The notes beneath the pieces were generated by a model. That model saw nothing but the letters and a program-made list of their open reading frames with translations, had not been told where the DNA came from and searched no databases. From contig CBDCJO010000002.1 in NCBI GenBank assembly GCA_965217865.1, forward strand, positions 3,616,001 through 3,680,000: a stretch of DNA of 64,000 nt, in the 5' to 3' direction. Of the stretch, positions 21,501-30,273 are shown piece by piece (positions within the stretch are counted from its first letter, which is position 1; each line of letters starts with the position of its first letter). Source of the DNA: Candidatus Latescibacterota bacterium. GTDB lineage: Bacteria > Latescibacterota > UBA2968 > SICM01. The translations under genes were made by a program, and so were the position numbers.

Positions 21501-22265
21501 GGCTCCCTTCTTCCTTTACACCCGGAACGCGTCCGTGGGGTGGCTGCAGGTCCGGATCGCATTCTCCTCACCTGGACGGATCAGGAAGGGGTCGGATACC
21601 GGATCTACCGGGGCACTTCGCCGGACAGCCTTTTTGCAATCGCGGAGGGAATCGTGGCCGGTACCTATCTCGATACGCTGTTGACCGGGGAAAGGACCTA
21701 TTTCTACGCTGTCGCGGCCGTAGACGACCTAGCAGGGGAAGAATCGCGGTCGGGGATCGTCTCGGCACGGCCTTCCGATCTGTTCTCAACGCCTTTGCGG
21801 GCAGAGCCCCTCTCCCGCCGACACATCGCCCTTCTCTCCCAGCCCAGGCTTGAATTCGAATCCGCCCAAGAGCCTCGCAGATATCTTGTTCTGCCCGACT
21901 CTATCACCCCCTCATCCGCGATCCTGGATCAGGGCGGCCACCGGGTGGTGCTTGGACTGAAGGAGGCGCTCGGCACAGGGAGGACATACAGCCTCGTTGT
22001 TGAGGGTTTGAGAGACTCAACGGGGGGACCGGTGGACTTTCCGGTCAACCGGATCGTCGTCTCCTTCTCGATAGGTTCTGAGGGGCCGCTCTTTGCTCCG
22101 TTCGATCTTGATCGGAACGGTGAGGTGGGGTTTCCGGACTTTTTTCTTTTCGTGGAGGGCTTCGGAACCAATCTTCCCAGGTTCGATTTCAACGGAGATG
22201 CCAGGGTGGACCTGTCAGACTTTTTCCTTTTTGCCGAAGCCTTCGGCAAGGAAGCTGGGGAATAG
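18546..22265 (+). CDS. Secreted S8 subtilase with FG-GAP/VCBS repeats, FN3-like domain and C-terminal dockerin-like duplicated Ca-binding motif
   Basis: Signal peptide; catalytic triad IIDSG / HGTHVGG / GTSQATP; repeated DxDGDGxxE; C-terminal DLDRNGEVGFPDFFLF..DFNGDARVDLSDFFLF. Confidence 0.85.
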   Translation: MPISFFALLLPLFSLNADTLPQYAPREILIKYHPHSRSKPAVSRLARRVGVLSEVPLLPQRRIGAAKPVRNSEDLELVSKLRLAPGTDVAGAVKAYQASGMVEYAQPNYLYRTMDAPNDPRFSDQRDLQTINWLAGWELNLPAGKTSVIAIIDSGLDYLHEDIEPVLWTNSSEVDGTTGVDDDRNGYIDDIRGWDFTDALDIAGSGDYLDRDNDPMDEGGHGTHVGGIAGAAVDNEVGIAGASPSSRLMALRAGFIFEGSTFLEDDDIAAAIAYAVENGADVINASWGCDEISQVIRDAVRYAARNGVTIVAAAGNGGTASLVYPAALSEVVSVAALDPQGSLASFSSFGEALDLVAPGVGVLSTRLGGGYQSRSGTSQATPFVSGLAAWILALNPKFSPEQVRADLKVSATDVGNSGRDATFGSGRIDVAASLASLSAPFVQIITPPSGFGVSSSVEVTGVAGETGTAYRLEWGSGTDPVTWALIEEGAAEGRLQTLGTWTVTGLPDAVYSLRLLAFPKDGKEVESRAIQTLDRTPPVFVRQGVVSRLDSAVSRYWVEWATDDRVETTLHIRSSGAVTTVEVSGIVEENSNPLPDGLPPGPTSVSLLARSISGLSSQSPDTTFDLMTEFVSSQGFTQVATLPDGYLINRPSDMDGDGRPEIALMPYIPGQPFGRVKLYEKGEEWSLNEIFTSDEDFLPWNVGDVNGNGRQELMGANVGRLRLFEGASEGELPTEAIVDMSDTWGGDLADLDADGRPEIVARSNPQHSLRVLKWVGSSLSEVGLLSNTTDGENNLGPRYAIADFDGDSRLEIVSGDSDGDLILFERMEDGTYATTWTEIGRPNADARILNGGADLDGDGRLEFIVARTDSLPGDDVERRWIVSVYQSSGDDTYSVEWQMEIHGVSSTGNGVAIGDLTGDGKVDFAVCALPDLYLFTGAGTDDYRAIWYIPVDLTYLPVISDLDENGRPEIAFNQGGMVRLFERDEGSLLPLHPERVRGVAAGPDRILLTWTDQEGVGYRIYRGTSPDSLFAIAEGIVAGTYLDTLLTGERTYFYAVAAVDDLAGEESRSGIVSARPSDLFSTPLRAEPLSRRHIALLSQPRLEFESAQEPRRYLVLPDSITPSSAILDQGGHRVVLGLKEALGTGRTYSLVVEGLRDSTGGPVDFPVNRIVVSFSIGSEGPLFAPFDLDRNGEVGFPDFFLFVEGFGTNLPRFDFNGDARVDLSDFFLFAEAFGKEAGE

Positions 22266-22383
22266 TCTGAATCGTGGTCCGTGGATCGGAAAAGCCGGGG
22301 TCCGTGGATCGTGACTCGGAAAAAACCGAATCCTATCGATAAAAATCCTTTGCCGTTCCTCCAATTATTCGCATCGATTCTTA

Positions 22384-22519
22384 ACGAATCACGAATCACG
22401 AATCACGAATCACGAATCACGAATCACGAATCACGAATCACGAATCACGAATCACGAATCACGAATCACGAATCACGAATCACGAATCACGAATCACGAA
22501 TCACGAATCACGAATCACG
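22384..22519. repeat. Perfect heptamer array (ACGAATC)19
   Basis: 19 exact units 22384-22516 plus ACG. Confidence 0.97.
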
Positions 22520-22532
22520 GGGGGGAAATCGA

Positions 22533-23328
22533 ATGAACGCATACCAGGTCTCAACCTATATCGGCTCCGATGCCTTGACCTTGTTTCAGAAACGGGGTTA
22601 TCATATCCACGGCCGGTTGTTCTCGCCCGAGGAGATCGACGCCCTCACGGCCGCCTGTGAAGGTGTATGCCAGGGGACTTATGAAACGGGCAGGCCTCCC
22701 GACAGCATCTAACGAGACCATTTTCAAGGCGGTCACCAGCGAAAGGCTCGGGCACGTGGCCGCACAACTCCTGGGAGCCCCTTCCATACGGCTCTGGCAC
22801 GACCAGCTCAGCTACAAACCCGGAAATGGGGGGAAGGTGATCACCTGGCACCAGGACTGGATGTACTGGCAGATGATCTCAGAACCCAAGACCATCACCT
22901 GTTGGATCGCTCTGGATGACGTCGAACCTGAATCCGGGCCGATGATCTACCTGGAGGGCAGCCACAAACTGGGACTCCAGCCCAAGCCGTCCGGGATCAG
23001 CGGAGACGACCCTCAGAAACCGGTTATGCCCGACGGATCGGCACTTAAGGAGGTGCCGATCCTGATTCAATCGGGCCAGGTCGTGTTCCATCACGGCCTG
23101 ATGCTTCACGGGAGCCATAAAAACTGGAGTCTGAAGGCAAGACGTGCCATGGTCTCCCACGTCATGTCCGGCGAATGCACCTACCGGTATGTCGGTCGAC
23201 ATATCTGCGAGAAGATGATGGAGACTTATTCAGAACATCCCGGTCCGGGGGAACCCTTCAGGGGGCCCCAATTCCCGCAGATGTGGCCCGTGTCAATTGG
23301 GGATTGTGGAATGCGGATTGCGGGTTGA
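22533..23328 (+). pseudogene. PhyH family dioxygenase with frameshift/probable deletion at ~22705
   Basis: N-terminal FQKRGY in one frame; WHQD, LEGSH and HHGLMLHGS in another. Confidence 0.75.
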
Positions 23329-23384
23329 AGATCTGGAAATGGATTCCTGCTACAACCTCTCGCTGGATCTTGAATCCCGGAATC

Positions 23385-23432
23385 AAAAGCGCCTTCGTCG
23401 ATCCGTTCATCGATTGACGAAGGCGCTTTTTT
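23385..23432. terminator. Bidirectional intrinsic terminator
   Basis: aaaagcgccttcgtcgat...attgacgaaggcgctttttt between convergent genes. Confidence 0.8.
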
Positions 23433-23471
23433 AATCCAAAACCGGATTGGACCGGACCGAAAGCGGACACC

Positions 23472-24289
23472 TTACCGGATTTTTGCTGCAAAGGAATTGG
23501 GGCCAGGCTCCCTTCCCTCAAGGAAGTAGGGGAACGGGTTTACCCAACGACCGTCTCGTTTTATGCCGTAATGGAGATGCGGCGCCGTCACCCTTCCGGT
23601 TCTGCCCAGGTACCCGATGATCTGACCCCGTTTGACCCGATCCCCACGTCTCACGGAAAATCTCTGAAGGTGCGCGTAGACGGACTCAAGTCCATATTTG
23701 TGATCGATGAGGATATAGTTTCCGAAATTACCGTCTTTTCGACGCACTGAGACTTTTCCGTCCGCTGTGGCAATCACAGGTGTCCCGATTCTGTTGCAGA
23801 TGTCGACCCCGCGGTGCATATGGAGGGCGCCGGTGAAGGGATCCCGGCGGCGGCCGAATCGGGATGAGATCCACGAGTCTGGGCGAGGTACCGGAGATAT
23901 CGATGGGGTATGGTTTCGGATTATCGATATCATTCTCCAGCACATCGCCGATCTCATAGAAACTGCCCTTTAACCGTCTGGCTTCTTGAAGAAGGTGGTC
24001 CATGTCCAGGCGTGCCCGGTGAATCCCCGGGGTGGGGGGACTCTCCGGGATCGGATGCACGACAATAGAGGCCCTGGGTTGGAGGTTGGCCATCTGGAGC
24101 AGCTTATCTTCGCTTGAAACGAGGTACTTCATCTCCTCACGTAAATCGGCCAGTTCTGTAGCCAGATCTTCCAAACGCCCGGACAAAACCCGATTTTCGA
24201 TTTCGAGCATCACGAACCGGGTAATCCAGATCGGGGGATATCAGGCAAATGGTCCCAATCCATATTCGACCCAATCCACTAAACCGCAT
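23472..24289 (-). pseudogene. M23 family metallopeptidase with two frameshifts (~24235, ~23925)
   Basis: HRGVD, YAHL, PHLHY motifs; coiled-coil N-terminus in other frames; ATG 24289 with ggagg RBS. Confidence 0.8.
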
Positions 24290-24677
24290 AGGCCTCCTAT
24301 AGCATGCTGAACTAACGGAGGGGAAAGCCGGAGGGGGGATTGAACGGCGATATCGTAATTGGGGAGAAAAGGGACGATCGAGGAAGGTCCCGGCCAGCCG
24401 GGGTTGTTTTTGATTATAAATCAGTGTTTAAACAAATCGTTATATAATATATATGATCATTCCGCTTTCAAGTCAAGTATTTATCTGCTCTGAAACCAGG
24501 ACGGAATAGCCGGGGATCGTGGTTCGTGGATCGGAAAAGCCGTGGATCGTGGTTCGTGGATCGGGGATCGGGAAAGCCGTGGATCGTGGTTTGTTTGATC
24601 GGGGTTCGGAAAAGCCACTAATCTGAATCCATTCAAAAACCTTTGACTATTCCTCAAAAAATTCGCATCGATTTTTA

Positions 24678-24876
24678 ACGAATCACGAATCACGAATCAC
24701 GAATCACGAATCACGAATCACGAATCACGAATCACGAATCACGAATCACGAATCACGAATCACGAATCACGAATCACGAATCACGAATCACGAATCACGA
24801 ATCACGAATCACGAATCACGAATCACGAATCACGAATCACGAATCACGAATCACGAATCACGAATCACGAATCACG
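24678..24876. repeat. Perfect heptamer array (ACGAATC)28
   Basis: 28 exact units 24678-24873 plus ACG, ending 3 bp from the stop codon of the gene at 24880. Confidence 0.97.
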
Positions 24877-24879
24877 GAC

Positions 24880-25755
24880 TCATGTAGAATCAGGATATTT
24901 CCTTCCTCCCTGTTTTGCCCCGGCAATCTCGTGCCAATCGTATACCTTTCGGATTCTGAGGTTGTATGAAAACATTGCTTCCAACAACTGGTGATCGATC
25001 TTCAGTTCGCGACATCGACCGATAATCGCGCCCAGGTCCTTGGGGAAACATTTCCCACCGAATCCTCTTTCGGTGGTGACATTCAAGTGGCTCGGTCCGA
25101 TTCTTTTGTCAATCGCTACCGCTTCTTTGACATCGTCATAGCTTACCTCTTCTGCGTGGCAGATATCGTAAAAGATGTTCGAGATGGCGACTTTCGCGGC
25201 AAGCATCACATTACACTGGTACTTTACGATCTCTGCAGCAGCACTGCTCATCCGGACGATTCGTGTGGTTGGGAAACAGGTTCGATAGAGGTCGATTACC
25301 TTTTGCCCAATCCAGTCGTTGTCAGCTCCTACGACGGTTCGATCTGCGTTGATGAAATCCTCCAGGTAATTCGCCTCCGTGAGGAACTCGGGATTGAACG
25401 CAAAGGGGACCTCGGGATATGTGTTGGAATATCGACGTGTCGTACCCGGGACGACGGTGGATTTAATGACAACCGGTTTTCCTTGACCCGCGATACGGGG
25501 ACAGATCTCCTCCATCATCCGATCACATATGGACAGATCTATACGGAGTTCTTCTTCGTGAAATGGGGTGGGGAGACAGATGAAGATCAATTCGCTTTGG
25601 TCCAGTACGACATCCAGTTCATCGCTCTGTTTATATTTGTCGTAGATGAGGATCTTGTGTTTGGGCTCTTTGCCCCGCTCTCGATCGCGGTCTGCAAAGC
25701 CGTAGGCCACCGCTCTTCCAACAAAACCGTTCCCGATAATACCGATTGTACTCAT
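24880..25755 (-). CDS. UDP-glucose/GDP-mannose dehydrogenase family protein (short form, no C-terminal domain)
   Basis: GNGFVG, CLPTP, KSTVVPGT, NPEFL, GFGGKCFPKD. Confidence 0.88.
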   Translation of the reverse strand: MSTIGIIGNGFVGRAVAYGFADRDRERGKEPKHKILIYDKYKQSDELDVVLDQSELIFICLPTPFHEEELRIDLSICDRMMEEICPRIAGQGKPVVIKSTVVPGTTRRYSNTYPEVPFAFNPEFLTEANYLEDFINADRTVVGADNDWIGQKVIDLYRTCFPTTRIVRMSSAAAEIVKYQCNVMLAAKVAISNIFYDICHAEEVSYDDVKEAVAIDKRIGPSHLNVTTERGFGGKCFPKDLGAIIGRCRELKIDHQLLEAMFSYNLRIRKVYDWHEIAGAKQGGRKYPDST

Positions 25756-25804
25756 ATCCTGGCTATCTCCACGAAAATCACTGAATTTGATTCTCTCCTG
25801 AACC

Positions 25805-27160
25805 TTATAACTTTACAATTTTTCCCTCTCCATCGCTTACGCCCTTAGTGGCGTTTCGTGTATCCACAATGCACCTGGCGTGTGTCACAAGCCAGGAATA
25901 GTCGTGCATGCTGTGATTTGTCACGATAACAACGCAGTCTGAGGAGGCTATTGTTTTCTTATCCAGGGAAACGGACCGGAGCAGTTCGCCATCAACAGTG
26001 ATTTCATCGATATAAGGATCGTGAAAAGAGATGTTTACACCTTTTTTCATCAGAATTTCGATGACTTCCAGGGCCGGAGACTCCCGAATATCAGCCACAT
26101 CCGGTTTGTAGGTGACCCCCAGGACAAGGATTGACGATCCTTTGAGGCTCCGTTCGAACCGGTTGAGCGCATCCCCCACCTTGGACACGACGTAGGCGGG
26201 CATACCCCGTGTCACCTCACTGGCAAGCTCGATAAATCGGGAGTTGAAATTGAGGCCTCGGAGTTTCCAGGCCAGGAAGTGGGGATCAACCGGGATGCAA
26301 TGTCCCCCCAGACCCGGCCCGGGATAAAAGGGCAAGAAGCCGAACGGTTTTGTCGCGGCCGCATCGATCACTTCCCAGACGTTGATCCCAAGCCGATCGC
26401 ACATCAGAGCCACCTCGTTTACCAGCGCGATGTTCACGCTGCGAAACGTATTCTCCAACATCTTCACCATCTCGGCTGCCTGTGAGGATGAGACCGGTAC
26501 AACCTCTGAGATGAACTGCGTGTAGAACAAGACACCCATCTCTGTGCAGGCCGGAGTTATCCCACCCACCACTTTCGGTGTGTTCTTCAGGGTGTGGACC
26601 TGATTTCCGGGGTCCACCCGCTCCGGAGAAAAGGCCAGAAAGAAATCCTCTCCCGCCTTCAGGCCCTTTCCCTCAAGCAAGGGCAATACCAGTTCGTAGG
26701 TGGTGCCGGGATATGTTGTACTCTCCAGGATCACCAGCTTATCCGGATGGAAACGGGCGTGGATTTCTTCGAAGGCATTCATAATGAAGGAGACATCCGG
26801 ATCACGAGTCTTATTCAAGGGGGTGGGTACACAGACAACAATCACGTCCATCTGATCGATGACCGTGAAGTCCATAGTTATCTTGAACTTCCCGACTGCT
26901 TTCATCCCTGCAACCTCGAAATCCGGCACCCCCTGGACATCCGAATTGCCTGCGTCGAGCCGAGATACCTTTTCGGGGGAGGTATCCACGCCCGTCACCT
27001 CAAACCCGGCTTTCCCCAGCTCCACCGCCAGGGGCAGGCCCACGTATCCCAGGCCGACGACGGCTACCTTTGCCGATCGAGTTTGGATCTTTTCACGCAG
27101 TTTCGAGGGATCCGATTCCATAATCTTTTTACCATGTCTTGATAAACTATCTTGATTCAT
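25805..27160 (-). CDS. Nucleotide-sugar dehydrogenase (UDP-GlcNAc 6-dehydrogenase, WbpA-like)
   Basis: GLGYVGLPLA, ESTTYPGTT, FSPERVDPGN, GLGGHCIPVDP. Confidence 0.9.
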   Translation of the reverse strand: MNQDSLSRHGKKIMESDPSKLREKIQTRSAKVAVVGLGYVGLPLAVELGKAGFEVTGVDTSPEKVSRLDAGNSDVQGVPDFEVAGMKAVGKFKITMDFTVIDQMDVIVVCVPTPLNKTRDPDVSFIMNAFEEIHARFHPDKLVILESTTYPGTTYELVLPLLEGKGLKAGEDFFLAFSPERVDPGNQVHTLKNTPKVVGGITPACTEMGVLFYTQFISEVVPVSSSQAAEMVKMLENTFRSVNIALVNEVALMCDRLGINVWEVIDAAATKPFGFLPFYPGPGLGGHCIPVDPHFLAWKLRGLNFNSRFIELASEVTRGMPAYVVSKVGDALNRFERSLKGSSILVLGVTYKPDVADIRESPALEVIEILMKKGVNISFHDPYIDEITVDGELLRSVSLDKKTIASSDCVVIVTNHSMHDYSWLVTHARCIVDTRNATKGVSDGEGKIVKL

Positions 27161-27184
27161 ATGAATCGCCCATCGGGTGTGAAC

Positions 27185-27754
27185 TCAAGACTTAGTTGGA
27201 GTGGGATTTTGATTCAACGCGGTGTAACACTCGGGCTTTAAGACACCTACAAAAGGCAGATTCCGATATTGCTGATTGAAGTCGAGACCATAACCGACCA
27301 CAAATTCGTCGGGGATGGTGAACCCGCAGTATTCGATCGGAATCTCGATAGCACGGGTGGCGGGTTTGTCAATGAGAGTACACACCTTAAGACTTTTAGG
27401 CCCACGGGCGTTGAGGCTTCGAAGCAGGTAGTTCAATGTGAGACCCGTGTCTATGATTCCCTCGACGATTAGGACGTGACGTCCCGTGATGCTTATATCC
27501 AGATCTTTGAGGATGCGTACGACACCGGAACTCTGTGTAGACTGGCCATAACTGGAAATGGCCATCGATTCGATTTCGACATGAATTGTTATTTCCCGAG
27601 ACAGGTCCGACAGAAAAAAGAGAGAACCTTTCAGGATACCGATGAGGACGATTGGCCCATCCAGGGCCCCGTAATCCTTAGAGATCTGCCTTCCCAGGGA
27701 TTTCACTTTTTCAAGGATGGCCTGGGGATCGATCAGGATCTTATGAATATCTTT
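27185..27754 (-). pseudogene. hpt: Hypoxanthine phosphoribosyltransferase, native start removed by IS1595
   Basis: ILKGS..FLSDL, ISSYG, VLIVEGIIDTGLT (Gly at the usual Asp), FVVGYGLD..YRNLP; frame runs into the IS terminal repeat at 27755. Confidence 0.85.
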
Positions 27755-28589
27755 GGTAATTAGGAAGATATTGGTACCAGATTCACCAGATATGAAGCAA
27801 TAATTGGGAAGAGATCCTCGTCTTCTTGGTTGAATCTGAACTCTGTTTCCTTCAGGTATAAATGGAAATGATGTCGAGGGATTCCTCTGTATTGATATAG
27901 CCAATTTTTAGAAAAACTCCAGAAGCCTTCGATGCCATTGATGTGATGTCGGCCTTTGCCTTTGGGCACCCCTTCTTCTTTTCGAACAACCACGTGGTCA
28001 CCTTTGACTGACAGCCAAGTGTAGGCGTGCCAGTCATCGGTGTAGTATAGACTGCCTGCTTTGGTGTGTGAGGTCACAAGCGGTGTAAGGGTGTTTCGAC
28101 TTCGATCCGGAATGGGAAAGGTGAGGACTTTTCCGTTCCTCTGATAAAGCCCGAAAACCAAGTGTTTTCCGGCTGCTCCCCATCCACGCTTACCCTTATG
28201 ATGACCTCCATACATCGCCTCGTCCAACTCGATCTCACCCCAAAGCACCTGGTCCGTAAAGCTATGATCGTAGATGGCCTGGCGAAACGTGGTATAAATC
28301 CGCTGAGCCGTTTTCAGCGATACGGACAGGTAGTGCCTGGATCGGTAAGAGGGCACTCCCAATACAAACAGATAAAGTAAATGGGCAAGCTCGTCAAATG
28401 AAATTCGAAGCCTTTCAAGATAAGTGCCCGTGAAATCTTTAAACCGATATCCACACCGTGAACACCTGAACCGATCGTCTTTTAATAAGGGCAACCTGCG
28501 CTGATAATCGCAGCTTGGACATCGCCTTTTTCCACCCCAACGGGCTGCACGAAAATAGGCCCTACTTATCTTGCAGTCATTTGCTAACT
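27755..28589 (-). mobile_element. IS1595-family element, left end deleted (transposase ORF 27760-28602)
   Basis: Near-identical to the copy at 53076-53972; right IR at 27755-27780; identity stops at 28589 so the left IR and native start are missing. Confidence 0.9.
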
Positions 28590-28684
28590 CTAAGCGCAGC
28601 AAACAGTTGTATTATAATATCTTATAAAAAAAGACGATCAAGTTATAAATTTACATCTGTTTTAAAAATATATTGAAAAACCGC

Positions 28685-28713
28685 TTGACATCCAAGGAAC
28701 AAATGATTATATT
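28685..28713 (+). promoter_or_regulatory. Sigma-70 promoter driving the putative ncRNA
   Basis: TTGACA 28685-28690, 17 bp, TATATT 28708-28713; predicted +1 at ~28720. Confidence 0.7.
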
Positions 28714-28720
28714 ATCTGAC

Positions 28721-28883
28721 GAACCCCAAGAGGTCCTAAAATTTCTCTGAAACGCGGGTCGGAAGGTTCTGGAACCTCCTCTCAGCTAAGTTGATCAAGG
28801 GTTAAAGCGAATCGAGTAAAGCTGAGGGCAAGACCGAAGGATGCAGAGAATTGATAAAGGTCACTTGGGGTTCACTGTTTTTT
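28721..28883 (+). ncRNA. Putative ~155-nt structured RNA of unrecognised family
   Basis: Nested stems GAACCCCAAG/CTTGGGGTTC, TTCTCTG/CAGAGAA, GGTC/GACC, CTCTCAGCT/AGCTGAGGG; G-U wobbles and A-rich loops favour the + strand; T-tract follows. Confidence 0.65.
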
Positions 28884-29843
28884 ATTCCCAACCATCTGAT
28901 TAAGGCCATACTTATTCAGCAGGTTGTGGAAATCCCTCCTGTAAAATATCCGCACGTTTACGTCAGGATAGAGCTTTTTCAACCGACGTAACTTGCGGTT
29001 TTTTTTGGTCACCAGGCTCTGCTTCAGGGTGGTCAATTCGATAAAGGTATCCGAATCGACCAGGTAGAAGTCGGGTGAGAATGCCTCCGTTACTCTCCCT
29101 TCCCCATCCCATTCCAGCGGAAACGTCTTCGGTTCGAATTCCCACTGTATTTGATAAAAATCCAGTATTCTTGCGAACTCCTCTTCGCTCGTGTTTGAAA
29201 AAGCCGGTTTTTTTCCGTTCGGGGAGGGTTGGGTAACTGTTCCCGGAGGTTCGGATCTCTCCGTTTCAGGGAGGTGAACCGTCAGGGACCGCTGACCGAC
29301 GGCATTTACGATGATCTGGACGCAGGCCTGAACATCGAGCCGATCTGTGGAAAGGATGATATCATAGAGAAGGGGGTCATCGATCTTCCGACCATAGAGG
29401 GACTGGATGAAGCGGGCTTGATTCCGTTCCGCTTCCCTTAATGATTCAAGGGCGTGTTCTCGATCGGGTCCCAGCACATCAATCGTCCGTGACATACGGG
29501 TTTCTTCGAAGGCGAAGAATCGGACGTGGAGCGCATCCTGAAAATCCTGGAAGATACACTGGCCACCCCGTCCCAGGAGGATGAAATTCTCCTTCTCCGA
29601 CTTGTCCCTTATGAAAGAGTCGACGAGGTCAAGATAGAGCTTCCGATCGGAGAGGAGCCTTTCCCAGAATGAAGGGGCACGTTCCTGGATCTGGTCCAGA
29701 TCCCCTTCGTCCAGGCCGTATTCCAGGACCAGATGTTCCAGGCCCTTTCGATCGATGAGTACAAACCCAAGCCTTTCAGAAAGGGATTGGGCAACCTCTT
29801 CTCCGTTGCTTCCGAGTTGTCGGGAGATGGTGATGACGGCCAT
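28872..29843 (-). CDS. Cytidylate-kinase-like domain fused to a PD-(D/E)xK-like nuclease domain
   Basis: ITISRQLGSNG, LGRGG, YDIILST (cytidylate kinase-like family); C-terminal SEEEFARILD..WEFEP..FSPDFYL..FIELTT. Confidence 0.75.
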   Translation of the reverse strand: MAVITISRQLGSNGEEVAQSLSERLGFVLIDRKGLEHLVLEYGLDEGDLDQIQERAPSFWERLLSDRKLYLDLVDSFIRDKSEKENFILLGRGGQCIFQDFQDALHVRFFAFEETRMSRTIDVLGPDREHALESLREAERNQARFIQSLYGRKIDDPLLYDIILSTDRLDVQACVQIIVNAVGQRSLTVHLPETERSEPPGTVTQPSPNGKKPAFSNTSEEEFARILDFYQIQWEFEPKTFPLEWDGEGRVTEAFSPDFYLVDSDTFIELTTLKQSLVTKKNRKLRRLKKLYPDVNVRIFYRRDFHNLLNKYGLNQMVGNKKQ

Positions 29844-29893
29844 TGCAAGCCAGAAGGGAGGAACTTCTCAAGAGGATAAAGAAAAACTGATCT

Positions 29894-29922
29894 AAGATAG
29901 AGGAATGACAAGAGGTTGTCAA
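29894..29922 (-). promoter_or_regulatory. Sigma-70 promoter with palindromic operator TGACAA-N4-TTGTCA (29906-29921)
   Basis: Minus strand TTGACA-17-TATCTT; the palindrome overlaps the -35. Confidence 0.6.
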
Positions 29923-30273
29923 GAGAAAAGGGTGGAAACAGAACAGCCCCGGGGTTAAAAAACCCAGGGGCCAACCGTCAAATTTATGGATTCAAGTCGG
30001 GGCGGTGGCCATCCCCTTCCGCCGCTTCCGCAATCTTCCTCTCCCGTTGTTGTGAAGATGGCGGGTATATTCGTCGGATTATAACCACACGCCCCGCAAA
30101 CAGCTTGATCTCCTTACCTCTGTCATCAATTGATGCACAAGGCCCCTGAGGGAGTAACCTTACCCGTTGGGAGGGAGGGTTACGAATAAGGTAAGTCGTC
30201 CTTCAGAGGCCTCATGGTATAAACGATTAACCGGACAGGTGGTTCCTAAATTCTCGAGGCCATTCTCCGAAAT

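Noticed and set aside
22281-22712. ORF with (ITNHESR)n as a repeat protein
   Set aside because: It is the translation of the heptamer array; the probable real gene starts at ATG 22533
22384-24876. Arrays as CRISPR
   Set aside because: 7-bp units with no spacers and no cas genes
24991-25848. Long antisense ORFs (also 148-864, 6001-6834, 7551-8321, 56138-57109, 62792-63637)
   Set aside because: Shadows of well-supported genes in GC-rich DNA, with no motifs
28721-28873. Glycine riboswitch, SRP RNA or confident 6S call
   Set aside because: CUCUCAG and CCGAAGGA are in the wrong order for glycine; no SRP helix-8 motif; no clear large central 6S bubble
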